From sequence record ON528734: 64,000 nucleotides of DNA, one strand, 5' to 3'. The DNA is from Shigella phage ESh24. The position numbers were made by a program, and so were the translations under genes. This document shows, piece by piece, positions 28,793 to 39,396 of this stretch (within the stretch, counting starts at the first letter, position 1; each line of letters starts with the position of its first letter). The notes below the pieces were generated by a model. The model saw only the letters and a program-made list of their open reading frames with translations. It made no database searches and was not told where the DNA came from.

Positions 28793-31700
28793 TTATTTTA
28801 TCAATGATTTAATTAATGCTTTCAACTCAGCAATTTCAGATTTCAATTCCTTGATTTCGTCAGTATGCTCGTTGATAGTGGCAGTATTTAAACCAATAAT
28901 ACCGTTATAGTTCAAACGAAGCAGTCCGGTCTCTTTATCTTCAGAAACAAGTTCAGGAAATACTTTTTGAACTTCCTGGGCGATTAAACCGGCGGACGGT
29001 TTAACTTCATCAGTAACGGGGTTTTTAAGCAGATAAGTATAACCACCTAAGAGTTTAGATTTCTCTTGTGCGTTATCGATAAGCTTAATTTCCGATTTAC
29101 AACGAATATCAGAACGAATATAAACGTCGTTAACGTCAATGTTATCGCGAACATACATACCGGCGTTACAGTGGAAGTTAACGTTACTAAAGGTCTGGGC
29201 CAGCCCAGCTCGAATACTGAATACACCTTGACCATTAGCATACATGTTGTAGATGCCATCGCTTTCCCAGACCAATCCAGTGTCATTGTCACCAATTGCT
29301 ATGCATGGCGTAGACCAAGCGGGTTCAATACCTACACCAATACCCGCCCAACCGGAAACAATTCTTCCTGGGGAAGTAAACTGCCCGTTGGCCAAAAATT
29401 GATAAACCGCTGCAGGATGTCCTTGTTCTGGTGTATTTTCAGTTGAACGAACAATTATACAACCGGTACCCCAACCTGCGGTACCTGAACGTAAAGTACC
29501 TAGCTCTACACTTGTGTTATATCCATACCCCGTTGAAGAACTTCGTCCTTTAATAATAGGATAGTACACATTCCCGTTTAATTCGCCATGTTCTACAAAT
29601 ATAGGAGCTTCAAGGTTATATTGTAGGCTAATCATACCTGAGTTTTGAGAGACCCATCTTGTAGCATTAACGTACATACGGTTTTCACTCATTTGAACCA
29701 AGCCAAAAGCGCTTGGGCTAAATGTAATGGCGCCAGCGTCATTCAAATCAATACCGGTTGTTGTTTTATAGTTGTAAAAAGATACTGTGTCAGATTGGCC
29801 ACCTTTACCAACAAACCAACTATTAGCACCACCAACTTCTGAACGAATATGCGAACTATTAATTGCATTAGGTGCTCTAATTACTAAAGCATCATCGGCC
29901 GCAGCAATAGTTAATTTTCCGGTCATCGTATCGCCTTCTTTGGCAATACGAGTAGCTATTGCATCGCGAATATTTGTAATGTCTCCTGCTGAAGTAAACG
30001 TTTTCCAAATATCCGAGAAAATATTACCATTACGAGCAATAGCAGCTTCGCCACCGCCGACCAGAACGTTATCGGGAAAATTAACGGTACCATCGGCGTT
30101 AAATCTTGATGTATGGCCTTGTGAACCATCTTCTTTGATATGGTGTAAAACAAATGTACCCGAATTAATTTCAGTACCTAAAGACCAAACAGCTTTACTG
30201 TTTAAAAACTTCTGTTTAACAATAGGATAATATTTACTTACTGCGTCATCATCGATTTCCTGGAAAATAGGAGCTGCTTGAACATATTGAATATCATAAC
30301 CACCAGCGCCCGCGCCGTGACCAGTAAATTTAATATAACCGTTTGCTGCGAACGTATTGTAACTTGATTGTAAATCTGGAATAGTAACTTTACCAGTATC
30401 TAAAGCCATACTAAACGGGCGAAGTGGACCGATATCGCCGTGTTTACCTTCACCGTAAGCAGTTGGAATAATATGAAGACTACCTTCTGAACGTCTAAAA
30501 ATGGCTCCATAATCTGCGTTCCAAATACGAAGCGCATTCACTGCTCCAGATGAAATTTCACCTGTTGTGTGAACTCCTCTATCTCCAGCAGTAACACCAG
30601 ATGATTCAAATGAACCATTAACGTTCATTTCTACTTCGCCAGTAGTAAGTCTTTGAATATAGCTCATCCAGCTAGTTGCATCAGAAATTTCCATAATGTT
30701 TTTACGGATACCTCCGCTTGGATCAACAAACGTATTACCCCAAACTTTAATATCCATATTATCAACCGAGCTGTATCCTGTTGTGTTGCCTCTAAACATT
30801 AGTGTAGAAGAATTATTTCTACCATCTATATTAACAGAACCGCCAATAACGTCAATATTACCAGGAGTAACTAACAAACCGCCGTGAGTATTAATGTTTG
30901 TAGTACCCTTACCGCGGAAATAATGATGATAATTACCACCTTGATAATATCCTAAAAGAGTTTGACCGTCGCCGTATGCGTTATTATCGTGGTATGTTAC
31001 TACAGTAGCAAGAGCATAGTTTTCTGTCGGTGGCGTTGTCATAAGAATCCCATCCGGAGAATAACCCATAACCATTTTTCTAAGGCTTTGTGTTTCCGCA
31101 GGACCGTAAATGAAAGTTCTTGTTCCGTTGTTTACTGTATGAAAATATCCGTCCTGGTGCCATTTTAGCCCGGTATCATTATCACCAAGAGCAATCGAAG
31201 CAGTCCCTAATTCAGAATATCCTTTAGAGCCACCCGGAAGACCTATAGAAATAGAATGGCCTGCTTTCAATCCACCGGCCCAGTTAAACGACCAAAGATA
31301 AGTGTCTAAGCCATCTCCGGAATACCAGGTTATTCCGTCATTAACATTAACTTCGTGGAAAATACCTGCTCCTACAGCATTTCGCATAACACGTAGGTGG
31401 TTAATAGCCGTTTCGCCTTCTGCCATTGGAGTGTTATTTGATAATGAATAGATATCATAATCGCCTGTCTTCTTCCCGTTTGTAATAACTTTGTCGGTCA
31501 GAATTTGTGGAGACGAAATAGATTTCCATGCTGATACTTCAGGTGAAGTAAATAGGCCACTGCCTGAAAATGCATAAGTGCTTTCGCTACCAGCGGCGTA
31601 GTCTTGAACCCTGATATTAAGTACTTGTGTAGTTAAACCATCATTAGCCGGGGCATAAATGATTCCACGTTCGCGACTATTGCCATCGAAAAAACGAACA

Positions 31701-32059
31701 TGCGCTGTACCTGAACTTTTTGTAATAAGTTCTCCGCCTTCAGTCATAATCTGCCCAGCAGCAATAATATCACGAGTTACTCGAGCAATACCAGTTAAAT
31801 TAAAATTACCAGTCTGGGTGAATGTACCGTTTAAAGTATAATCACCAGTTTGGTTATAATTGCCTTTATGAATAACATTCCCGTCAATACTACCGCCTTT
31901 AGCAAAACCTAAATCAATAATATTTCCCTGGTCATCTTTAGTAAAAAGTACACGGTCTTTTAAGTTTATAGCCAATTCACCTTCGGCTAATACTGAAGCA
32001 GCTGGACGTTGACCTGCCGTTTTGCTTCTTTTAAATTGTATTTGTTTTAAAGTAGCCAT
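28793..32059 (-). CDS. 37: long tail fibre distal subunit gp37 with C-terminal intramolecular-chaperone-like domain
   Basis: 1088 aa; conserved N-terminus MATLKQIQFKRSKTAGQRPAAS; C-terminal SDIRCK...coiled-coil tail. Confidence 0.9.
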   Translation of the reverse strand: MATLKQIQFKRSKTAGQRPAASVLAEGELAINLKDRVLFTKDDQGNIIDLGFAKGGSIDGNVIHKGNYNQTGDYTLNGTFTQTGNFNLTGIARVTRDIIAAGQIMTEGGELITKSSGTAHVRFFDGNSRERGIIYAPANDGLTTQVLNIRVQDYAAGSESTYAFSGSGLFTSPEVSAWKSISSPQILTDKVITNGKKTGDYDIYSLSNNTPMAEGETAINHLRVMRNAVGAGIFHEVNVNDGITWYSGDGLDTYLWSFNWAGGLKAGHSISIGLPGGSKGYSELGTASIALGDNDTGLKWHQDGYFHTVNNGTRTFIYGPAETQSLRKMVMGYSPDGILMTTPPTENYALATVVTYHDNNAYGDGQTLLGYYQGGNYHHYFRGKGTTNINTHGGLLVTPGNIDVIGGSVNIDGRNNSSTLMFRGNTTGYSSVDNMDIKVWGNTFVDPSGGIRKNIMEISDATSWMSYIQRLTTGEVEMNVNGSFESSGVTAGDRGVHTTGEISSGAVNALRIWNADYGAIFRRSEGSLHIIPTAYGEGKHGDIGPLRPFSMALDTGKVTIPDLQSSYNTFAANGYIKFTGHGAGAGGYDIQYVQAAPIFQEIDDDAVSKYYPIVKQKFLNSKAVWSLGTEINSGTFVLHHIKEDGSQGHTSRFNADGTVNFPDNVLVGGGEAAIARNGNIFSDIWKTFTSAGDITNIRDAIATRIAKEGDTMTGKLTIAAADDALVIRAPNAINSSHIRSEVGGANSWFVGKGGQSDTVSFYNYKTTTGIDLNDAGAITFSPSAFGLVQMSENRMYVNATRWVSQNSGMISLQYNLEAPIFVEHGELNGNVYYPIIKGRSSSTGYGYNTSVELGTLRSGTAGWGTGCIIVRSTENTPEQGHPAAVYQFLANGQFTSPGRIVSGWAGIGVGIEPAWSTPCIAIGDNDTGLVWESDGIYNMYANGQGVFSIRAGLAQTFSNVNFHCNAGMYVRDNIDVNDVYIRSDIRCKSEIKLIDNAQEKSKLLGGYTYLLKNPVTDEVKPSAGLIAQEVQKVFPELVSEDKETGLLRLNYNGIIGLNTATINEHTDEIKELKSEIAELKALIKSLIK

Positions 32060-32067
32060 AAGTCCTC

Positions 32068-32724
32068 TTAATAATAGCCGAAATCTTGAACAGAATCCTT
32101 AATTACGATTTGGTCAAATCGCGGAACATGCGAGGGTTGAGATGCAGGATTCTGTGAAAAAAGGTTTGGCGCAGTTAAATTTCCTGTCATAGTGTCTCCA
32201 GAGCGTAATACTCTAGAGTTTGCATTTGTTGTAACAATATTTATTGCCCCATCAACATAATCTTTTCTCGTAAGGTCATAATTATTTACTGGTGATAACG
32301 AAGTTGCGCGTATTTGTGATGCTTCAATTACACCCTTTGAGCTAATATCTCCGTTTCGTGTGTTAATTACTACAGTTCTACCTGCTGCCCCTTGTGATGA
32401 TTTAAAGCCGATACCATACCATGAAACAATATCCATATTTGTAGTATCATATGTAGCATTATCACCAGGACCGGCAAAAATACCGTTGTCACCTGACCCA
32501 GCACCAGGAACAGTCATTCCTTTATTAAAAATTACTTTATTTAAATATGTACCACCATTAGCTTTAGAAACGAAATCGTTATCAGCAGCTTGTGGTTTAT
32601 TATATTCTGAATATATTTTAAATGATTTATAGAGTACATCGTCACCGGCTGGATTCAATGGAAAATTTCCTTGATGCCAAATGACAGAGCCTCCAGTTGT
32701 TGAACCTACTTTTAAATCAGCCAT
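32068..32724 (-). CDS. 36: long tail fibre distal connector gp36
   Basis: 218 aa, position between 35 and 37. Confidence 0.85.
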   Translation of the reverse strand: MADLKVGSTTGGSVIWHQGNFPLNPAGDDVLYKSFKIYSEYNKPQAADNDFVSKANGGTYLNKVIFNKGMTVPGAGSGDNGIFAGPGDNATYDTTNMDIVSWYGIGFKSSQGAAGRTVVINTRNGDISSKGVIEASQIRATSLSPVNNYDLTRKDYVDGAINIVTTNANSRVLRSGDTMTGNLTAPNLFSQNPASQPSHVPRFDQIVIKDSVQDFGYY

Positions 32725-32747
32725 TGTATGCCCCTTTATTTTAATAG

Positions 32748-32755
32748 TATTTATA
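32748..32755 (-). promoter_or_regulatory. late promoter TATAAATA for genes 36-37-38
   Basis: plus-strand TATTTATA about 25 nt upstream of gene 36 start. Confidence 0.6.
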
Positions 32756-32763
32756 AAGAAAAA

Positions 32764-32781
32764 GGGAGCCCGAAGGCTCCC
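32764..32781 (-). terminator. terminator hairpin after gene 35
   Basis: GGGAGCCCGAAGGCTCCC. Confidence 0.6.
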
Positions 32782-32786
32782 TCAAT

Positions 32787-33902
32787 TTAAACTTCTCTAA
32801 ATTCTTGCCCAAACACTTTACCAGTTTTAGACGATGCTTGTGTAGGAAGTACCATTATATCTGGAGGTGAAGCAGATTCGCAGATATAATTAACTCGAAT
32901 GCCATTAACGCCAAACTCTGCAGGTTTTGAAATGCCACCATTTCTTGACACTTCAGAAAAGCTTAAATTTCTCATACCGCCTTGACCCGCTTGTGCAGTT
33001 CTCTGTGCGTATATCGTAAATCCTACTGCATTTTCAGGAACAACTACATAATCTTCCTTTAACTCCCAAGACCCAGCTTGCCCAGTAAACTCAGCTTGGG
33101 TAGAGGAAATATATCCATTCGACGCATTATAAAAACGAATTGAAATATTAGTAGTTCCCAACGCTAATAAATCAGCATCAGCATATAGTTGTGCTTTAAG
33201 ATAAAGAACATCTCCAGGAATTAAATTATAGTCAGAAAGTTTACTTATTGCAGATGCTGTAGGTAGACGTGCAATTTCGTTATTAGTTCCACCAACAGCT
33301 GACATAAATTGCTCAACGCTTTCATATGTTCTTTTAGGAAATCCTGTCGCTCCAACATCTTCTAAACTATCAAATACTACGTCTAATATAGTTTGATAGT
33401 CATCTGTGCTTTTTCTGTTACTCAGTTTAACATGCTCTAATGCGATAGCTCTTTTAGAAGAAGTGTAAAAGGCAGCATATGATACGTCAAATCTTGACAA
33501 TAAAGAATCAGATGGAAAAGCAGATGTTCCTGCCGTTCTTAACCAAGATACTACTTCAGGAGGAAAATTAACCTTTCCGCTAGTTAATATGGCAACAAGT
33601 CTATTGCTTGAAAAAGAATTCATGAAACTAACAAAAGCAGCAGATGTTGTATCATTTGAAGTAGAAAAAACATATGACTTACTATCAACCAATGCTCCCG
33701 TGGAAGGGTCAAAAACTCTTAAATGAAGACCTGCACTAAATGTTTGACTTCCTACAGGATTATCTTGAAATTTAACATAAGGCCCTGCGGTAGAAAGCGG
33801 GCAAGAACCCGCTATACTTATTTTATATCTTACTGAATTACTTTCCGATAAAAATGGCGTTTGGACATATCCTTGTCCAAACTCTGCCATAAATTTTTCC
33901 AT
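32787..33902 (-). CDS. 35: long tail fibre hinge protein gp35
   Basis: 371 aa, position and length match T4 gp35. Confidence 0.85.
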   Translation of the reverse strand: MEKFMAEFGQGYVQTPFLSESNSVRYKISIAGSCPLSTAGPYVKFQDNPVGSQTFSAGLHLRVFDPSTGALVDSKSYVFSTSNDTTSAAFVSFMNSFSSNRLVAILTSGKVNFPPEVVSWLRTAGTSAFPSDSLLSRFDVSYAAFYTSSKRAIALEHVKLSNRKSTDDYQTILDVVFDSLEDVGATGFPKRTYESVEQFMSAVGGTNNEIARLPTASAISKLSDYNLIPGDVLYLKAQLYADADLLALGTTNISIRFYNASNGYISSTQAEFTGQAGSWELKEDYVVVPENAVGFTIYAQRTAQAGQGGMRNLSFSEVSRNGGISKPAEFGVNGIRVNYICESASPPDIMVLPTQASSKTGKVFGQEFREV

Positions 33903-33910
33903 AATACCTC

Positions 33911-36900
33911 TTATTCAACCCATTCAAATTTAACAGTTTTATTCACTGGGTCAGGAATAATGCGAACATTACCAATTCGTAAGAAATCACGAATAGTAAG
34001 ATTCCCCATTGTAGCATTATCAGATGGTAAAGCACCGATATCAGACGGTTGAGGAGGGTTACCTCCATCAAATACCTGAACAAAACTTGACCAAGAATTT
34101 TTGGTTTTCTGCCATGTGCGGGTCCAACGAGTGGTACGCGCTTCTGGAGTTGTTGGATAAGTAATCCAATCTTGATAAAGCGAATCAAGTGTGTTACCAA
34201 ACTGAGTCAGTGTACCAGGAGATTTAACTTCTTCGCCACGTTCTAAATATGGAAGACCAGTCACTTCATTAGTTTTTTCAACCATTTTAAAATAACCTGG
34301 GAACTGGTTATAAGTAGCTGAATCGTTAATATCAATTGACCAGAATCCTACAGTATCAGATGTTGGCGCACGTGTATATAAGTCAGATGTTTTAGTACCT
34401 TGAGAACGAATTCTCGAGTTAACAGTTAAACCACCAGAATTTATAGTAGCACCTTTGGCGATGATTAAGCTTTCACCAATCGTTACTTGACCAGATGCAT
34501 TATTAATAGCTAATGGGCGTAATCCATTGAATCCACCAGTCTGATCACCCGATGCAGTAAGCATAAAATTCGTTACTGATCCATCATTGCGAACAATGAA
34601 ACCATAATTTCCGTTAATAGCACGGAAAGCATTTGCGCTTCGAGAAATAATTTCACCAGTTGCAGTGACTGAATTACCAAATGTTGCTACGCCATTTGCA
34701 TTCAATGTTCCTGAAGCATTAACATTTATCGGTGTTACTGTACCGTTGATATTAAATGTTATATTTCCAGCTTTATTGCGCTGAGAATAAAAATGACTAG
34801 ATGTTTCATCACTAACTTCAAATACGGTAGAACGTGTTGTATCTAATTCCCCACTAAATTGATTTCCCCACACTCTAACAGTCATCGTTTGGGCTGGGTT
34901 TGTTCCAGTTTGAGGTCCTTTCTCAAAAATCAATCGAGTTGCTGTTCCAGTATTAGAAATCGTTAGTACACTATTTGCTGTAACTGAACCACCAAACGTA
35001 GCAGTACTAGATGATACAAGAGGGGCACTCAGATTCGTTTGTTGGGTTAAGGTTAGTGAACCATTAACCGTCTGCGCAATGTCCCTACGAATGAACTGAG
35101 ATGAATCTAGACCATCCAATAAATTACTATCAGCAGCTTTTGCTTTTAACGGTAAATAATTTGCTAATACACGGTTTAATTCGTATGGTGATACTGCATA
35201 GCTATTTTTCTCATACAGTTCTAAATCTTGGGTAGAACCGACTGTATCATTACCGACAAATGTAATTGAACCAGATGAAGTTTTAACAAAGCCTCTTACT
35301 GTAGTAGTAGCTGCCCAGGTAGGTTCACTCTGTACAATCCATTTTAAATTTTTTGGAGATACAGCAGTATTTGCTGACGTTCCAGTCACAGTTTCAGACT
35401 GAGTTGCAACTTTAATAACACCTTCTTGTGCTTCAGTAGATTTAGTACCTAAAAGCTTTTTAGGAGTTATTAAAACATTATCTAATTTTCCAGCAGCAGC
35501 TTCAACTTGTGTAGCCACACGAAGTGTACCACGTTGTGTCTCATTTGCTTCAAGAATATTAAGGGTATAATGGTCCCAGAGAGTTCCTGATTCAACTAAT
35601 CCAGATAGAGCAACAACAGAAGTACGATCAGTACTATTAAATCTAGTTTTAATTTTTAATGGTGTAGAGATACGAGTATCGTCGACGCCTGCGTCGAATT
35701 CAACTTGTGTAGCAATTTCAGCTATACCACTTAAACTTTCAGTTGCTCTACGGTCATTTAAAGTTTTAGGAGTGACTGCACGAGTATAATCAGTTCCTGT
35801 ATTAACTTCAGATTGTGTAGCAATTTCAATTAATCCAATTCTTCCATCAGTTGATGTCTTTTTGTGTAACGTTTCTGGCGTTACAACAGCATTTGCCCAT
35901 CCTTCTTGACTCTGTCCAGCAATTACTTCACTTTCAACTGCTAAAATTACTGCACCTTGTTGCGTTGGAGTAGCTTTATATTGATCTAAAGCTTTAGGTG
36001 AAACAACTAAATTATTAGTGTTTTTATTATAAACGTTTGTACCATTTAATTCACGGCTAGAAGCTGGAGTAGCACCTGCAGTAGATACAAAAGTTACAAT
36101 ACCAGATAATGATTCAGAACCTTGACGAGCTTGAAGCTTTTTAGGAGTAATGATGGTTGTATCATCTGTTCCTGCGTTTGTTTCTTGCTGCGTAGCAATT
36201 TCAGCAACACCTCTGCGAGTTTCTGTAGCAGTTCTTTCATTCAGCTTTTTAGGAGTGATGATAATATCATCAGCAAAAGAGAATGTAGTATCCTGGTTAA
36301 CTTGAGCAGTAGTTGCTATTCTTGCGATACCTCTGCGAGTTTCAGTAGCAGTACGATTAGCTAACGTTTCTGGAGTAATTGCTAATTCTTTTTGTGGAGA
36401 ATTTTCTAAATCGACATTAGCTTGAGCTTGTGTAGCTAAAGCAATTACGCCTAATCTTGCTCTAGTAGAATCATTTAAAGAGTCTACTCTTTCTACAGTT
36501 GGAACGTTTTGCTGTACAACCCAGTATTTTCCATCAGAATCTTCAATATATGCAAGCTCTAAAACTGGAACATAATTAGTTTCACCGTTAAAAACTAATT
36601 CTTGAACTGTAACCCACTCAGCTCCAGGCGGATATTCTGAGCGTTTTGGGAATTGCAGCAATTGAACTGAGGAAGCAATTTTATCTTCACCAGCAGCTTT
36701 GATTTTAACTGTTTGTCCTTTTCTCATGTAATTCATGGAAATTTTAACAGTATCACCAACAGAAATATCAGTCGGAAGCTGAAGCTCAATTGTTTGAGTT
36801 GCTCCGTTATTCGCACCAAACACCATGACTTCTTCATTTGGACGAATATTAGAATTAGTTGTTATAATGCGTAAACGTGCTTTACTATCCCCGTCAAACA

Positions 36901-37780
36901 ATCTCCACAATTTCTCATTATCATCAAACATCAAGAAACCGTCAATCGTTGTACGGCCTTCAATGGAATGAGTTCCAACTTCTTGTACTGAAGTCGTTTC
37001 ATCGTATGTAGTAACAATTGTATGATAAAGCGGATTTAGTTTATCTAAATCGACGAAATTAATAATATCGCCATGATTAGCAAATCTTGGAAGTTTAACA
37101 TTAATTGGTGCAGCAGAAGTAAATCTACGTACGATAAAATCGTTGGATTGCGCTTGATAAAGACTCGCTGGAGTTACAACTGCCGCTTCTCTACTATAAT
37201 CAGCAACATACATTTGCCACAGACGATTACTAAAAATTAAAACTATCTGTGACTTTGGATGAGTCATTAGTACTGAACGTACTTGTTCACCTCTAAAGTT
37301 TACAATGCTTTGTACCGGAGCTGTAATTAAAACCTGGTTAACTCCAGGTTTTCCTCCAATATCTTGGAGAACGATAGTATCACCATCAATTGGAGAAGAT
37401 GGCAAAGTAAATGTAATGTCATTACCCGCTGCGGTGTTAACTGAAATCGATTCGCCTGATTTTAATTGATAAGGTCCTGACGAAACAGTTGTCCAGTTTG
37501 CATCGGTACGTAATGCTCTCCAGCGTCCGCTATTAAAAGCTCCTGCTGGTTTTGGAATATCATTTATAGCAGCCCAAAAGCGGTTATCATAAATGATTAC
37601 AAAATCTTTTAAATATCCACGAGTTGGATCATATTGTTGAACTGTGTTTTCTTGAATTAAGTAATCAACGTTAACACCGTCAGTTCCTACGGTACGATCA
37701 GCTAAAGCTACGTTGATTATTTTATCGCCACCTGCGTCCAGACCATCTTCTGCTCTGAACTTTCTTTTAATCTCGGCCAT
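33911..37780 (-). CDS. 34: long tail fibre proximal subunit gp34
   Basis: 1289 aa, exact T4 gp34 length; repeated TATE(T/S)RRG and ITPKKL motifs. Confidence 0.9.
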   Translation of the reverse strand: MAEIKRKFRAEDGLDAGGDKIINVALADRTVGTDGVNVDYLIQENTVQQYDPTRGYLKDFVIIYDNRFWAAINDIPKPAGAFNSGRWRALRTDANWTTVSSGPYQLKSGESISVNTAAGNDITFTLPSSPIDGDTIVLQDIGGKPGVNQVLITAPVQSIVNFRGEQVRSVLMTHPKSQIVLIFSNRLWQMYVADYSREAAVVTPASLYQAQSNDFIVRRFTSAAPINVKLPRFANHGDIINFVDLDKLNPLYHTIVTTYDETTSVQEVGTHSIEGRTTIDGFLMFDDNEKLWRLFDGDSKARLRIITTNSNIRPNEEVMVFGANNGATQTIELQLPTDISVGDTVKISMNYMRKGQTVKIKAAGEDKIASSVQLLQFPKRSEYPPGAEWVTVQELVFNGETNYVPVLELAYIEDSDGKYWVVQQNVPTVERVDSLNDSTRARLGVIALATQAQANVDLENSPQKELAITPETLANRTATETRRGIARIATTAQVNQDTTFSFADDIIITPKKLNERTATETRRGVAEIATQQETNAGTDDTTIITPKKLQARQGSESLSGIVTFVSTAGATPASSRELNGTNVYNKNTNNLVVSPKALDQYKATPTQQGAVILAVESEVIAGQSQEGWANAVVTPETLHKKTSTDGRIGLIEIATQSEVNTGTDYTRAVTPKTLNDRRATESLSGIAEIATQVEFDAGVDDTRISTPLKIKTRFNSTDRTSVVALSGLVESGTLWDHYTLNILEANETQRGTLRVATQVEAAAGKLDNVLITPKKLLGTKSTEAQEGVIKVATQSETVTGTSANTAVSPKNLKWIVQSEPTWAATTTVRGFVKTSSGSITFVGNDTVGSTQDLELYEKNSYAVSPYELNRVLANYLPLKAKAADSNLLDGLDSSQFIRRDIAQTVNGSLTLTQQTNLSAPLVSSSTATFGGSVTANSVLTISNTGTATRLIFEKGPQTGTNPAQTMTVRVWGNQFSGELDTTRSTVFEVSDETSSHFYSQRNKAGNITFNINGTVTPINVNASGTLNANGVATFGNSVTATGEIISRSANAFRAINGNYGFIVRNDGSVTNFMLTASGDQTGGFNGLRPLAINNASGQVTIGESLIIAKGATINSGGLTVNSRIRSQGTKTSDLYTRAPTSDTVGFWSIDINDSATYNQFPGYFKMVEKTNEVTGLPYLERGEEVKSPGTLTQFGNTLDSLYQDWITYPTTPEARTTRWTRTWQKTKNSWSSFVQVFDGGNPPQPSDIGALPSDNATMGNLTIRDFLRIGNVRIIPDPVNKTVKFEWVE

Positions 37781-37814
37781 TCTCCCGGGCTCCTATTGTG
37801 TTTTCAATAATAAG

Positions 37815-37822
37815 TATTTATA
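37815..37822 (-). promoter_or_regulatory. late promoter TATAAATA for gene 34
   Basis: plus-strand TATTTATA 35 nt upstream of gene 34 start. Confidence 0.6.
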
Positions 37823-37825
37823 CTT

Positions 37826-37855
37826 GTTTACTTTAAGATTTGGATGGTATATAAT
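37826..37855 (+). promoter_or_regulatory. T4-type early promoter for rnh (divergent from gene 34 late promoter)
   Basis: GTTTAC 37826-37831, TGGTATATAAT to 37855. Confidence 0.55.
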
Positions 37856-37884
37856 AGAAATCTCACTAATTGAACGAGGTTCAT

Positions 37885-38802
37885 ATGGATTTAGAAATGA
37901 TGCTGGATGAAGATTATAAAGAAGGAATTTGCTTTATTGACTTTAGTCAGATTGCGCTTTCAACTGCTTTAGTAAACTTCCCAGATAAAGAAAAAATTAA
38001 TTTATCAATGGTTCGTCATTTGATATTGAACTCAATTAAGTTTAATGTCAAAAAAGCAAAAACGCTTGGATACACTAAAATTGTACTGTGTATTGATAAC
38101 GCGAAATCTGGATATTGGCGTCGTGATTTCGCTTATTATTATAAGAAAAACCGTGGAAAAGCACGAGAAGAATCGACTTGGGACTGGGAAGGTTATTTTG
38201 AATCCAGCCATAAAGTTATAGATGAATTGAAAACTTATATGCCATATATTGTTATGGATATTGATAAGTATGAAGCAGATGACCACATTGCTGTTCTTGT
38301 TAAAAAGTTCTCTTTAGAAGGACATAAGATTTTAATCATTTCATCGGATGGTGACTTTACACAGCTTCACAAATACCCAAATGTTAAGCAATGGTCGCCG
38401 ATGCATAAGAAATGGGTTAAAATTAAAAGCGGTTCTGCTGAAATTGACTGTATGACTAAAATCCTTAAAGGCGACAAAAAGGATAACGTTGCTTCAGTTA
38501 AAGTACGATCTGACTTTTGGTTTACTAGAGTTGAAGGTGAACGAACTCCTTCAATGAAAACTTCAATCGTTGAAGCTATTGCTAATGACCGTGAGCAAGC
38601 TAAGGTGCTTCTCACAGAATCTGAGTATAATCGTTATAAAGAAAATTTAGTTCTAATTGATTTTGATTATATTCCTGATAATATTGCTTCAAACATTGTG
38701 AATTACTATAATTCATATAAATTACCACCGCGTGGCAAAATTTATTCATATTTTGTAAAAGCGGGTCTTTCTAAATTAACTAATAGCATTAATGAATTTT
38801 GA
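37885..38802 (+). CDS. rnh: RNase H / 5'-3' flap exonuclease
   Basis: 305 aa from ATG 37885; FEN-family acidic clusters; T4 RNase H length. Confidence 0.85.
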   Translation: MDLEMMLDEDYKEGICFIDFSQIALSTALVNFPDKEKINLSMVRHLILNSIKFNVKKAKTLGYTKIVLCIDNAKSGYWRRDFAYYYKKNRGKAREESTWDWEGYFESSHKVIDELKTYMPYIVMDIDKYEADDHIAVLVKKFSLEGHKILIISSDGDFTQLHKYPNVKQWSPMHKKWVKIKSGSAEIDCMTKILKGDKKDNVASVKVRSDFWFTRVEGERTPSMKTSIVEAIANDREQAKVLLTESEYNRYKENLVLIDFDYIPDNIASNIVNYYNSYKLPPRGKIYSYFVKAGLSKLTNSINEF

Positions 38803-38810
38803 GGTGAATA

Positions 38811-39080
38811 ATGGCTAAAAAAGAAATGGTTGAATTTGATGAAGCTATCCATGGCGAAGACTTGGCTAAATTTATTAAAGAAGCATCTGATCATAAACTG
38901 AAAATTTCCGGTTATAATGAATTGATTAAAGATATTCGAATTCGTGCCAAAGATGAACTTGGTGTTGATGGTAAGATGTTTAATCGTTTGTTAGCTTTGT
39001 ATCATAAAGATAATCGTGATGTGTTTGAAGCTGAAACTGAAGAGGTAGTTGAACTTTATGACACAGTTTTCTCTAAATGA
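38811..39080 (+). CDS. dsbA: dsDNA-binding protein DsbA (late transcription enhancer)
   Basis: 89 aa, position between rnh and 33. Confidence 0.75.
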   Translation: MAKKEMVEFDEAIHGEDLAKFIKEASDHKLKISGYNELIKDIRIRAKDELGVDGKMFNRLLALYHKDNRDVFEAETEEVVELYDTVFSK

Positions 39081-39396
39081 TATTCGTCCGGTCGATGAGG
39101 CCGGGCTTTCAGAAAAAGAACTTTCCCTTAAAAAGGAAAAAGATGAAATCGCAAAGCTTCTTGATCGACAAGAAAATGGATTTATTATTGAAAAGATGGT
39201 AGAAGAATTTGGAATGAGTTATCTTGAAGCTACGACAGCATTCTTGGAAGAAAATTCTATTCCTGAAACTCAATTTGCTAAATTTATTCCTTCGGGTATA
39301 ATTGAAAAAATTCAGTCAGAAGCTATTGACGAAAATCTTTTGCGTCCTTCTGTTGTTCGTTGTGAAAAAACTAATACATTAGATTTTCTACTATGA
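39058..39396 (+). CDS. 33: late transcription co-activator gp33
   Basis: 112 aa from ATG 39058. Confidence 0.75.
   Translation: MTQFSLNDIRPVDEAGLSEKELSLKKEKDEIAKLLDRQENGFIIEKMVEEFGMSYLEATTAFLEENSIPETQFAKFIPSGIIEKIQSEAIDENLLRPSVVRCEKTNTLDFLL

Noticed and set aside
29047-31841. Several 60-150 aa ORFs on both strands inside gene 37 (e.g. 29066-29446 +, 29787-30230 +, 30962-31168 +)
   Set aside because: Embedded in a strongly supported 1088-aa tail-fibre gene; no start signals; typical spurious frames in a long ORF.
33943-36364. ORFs 33943-34200 (-), 33861-34052 (+), 36122-36364 (+) within gene 34
   Set aside because: Overlap the gp34 coding frame; no independent expression signals.
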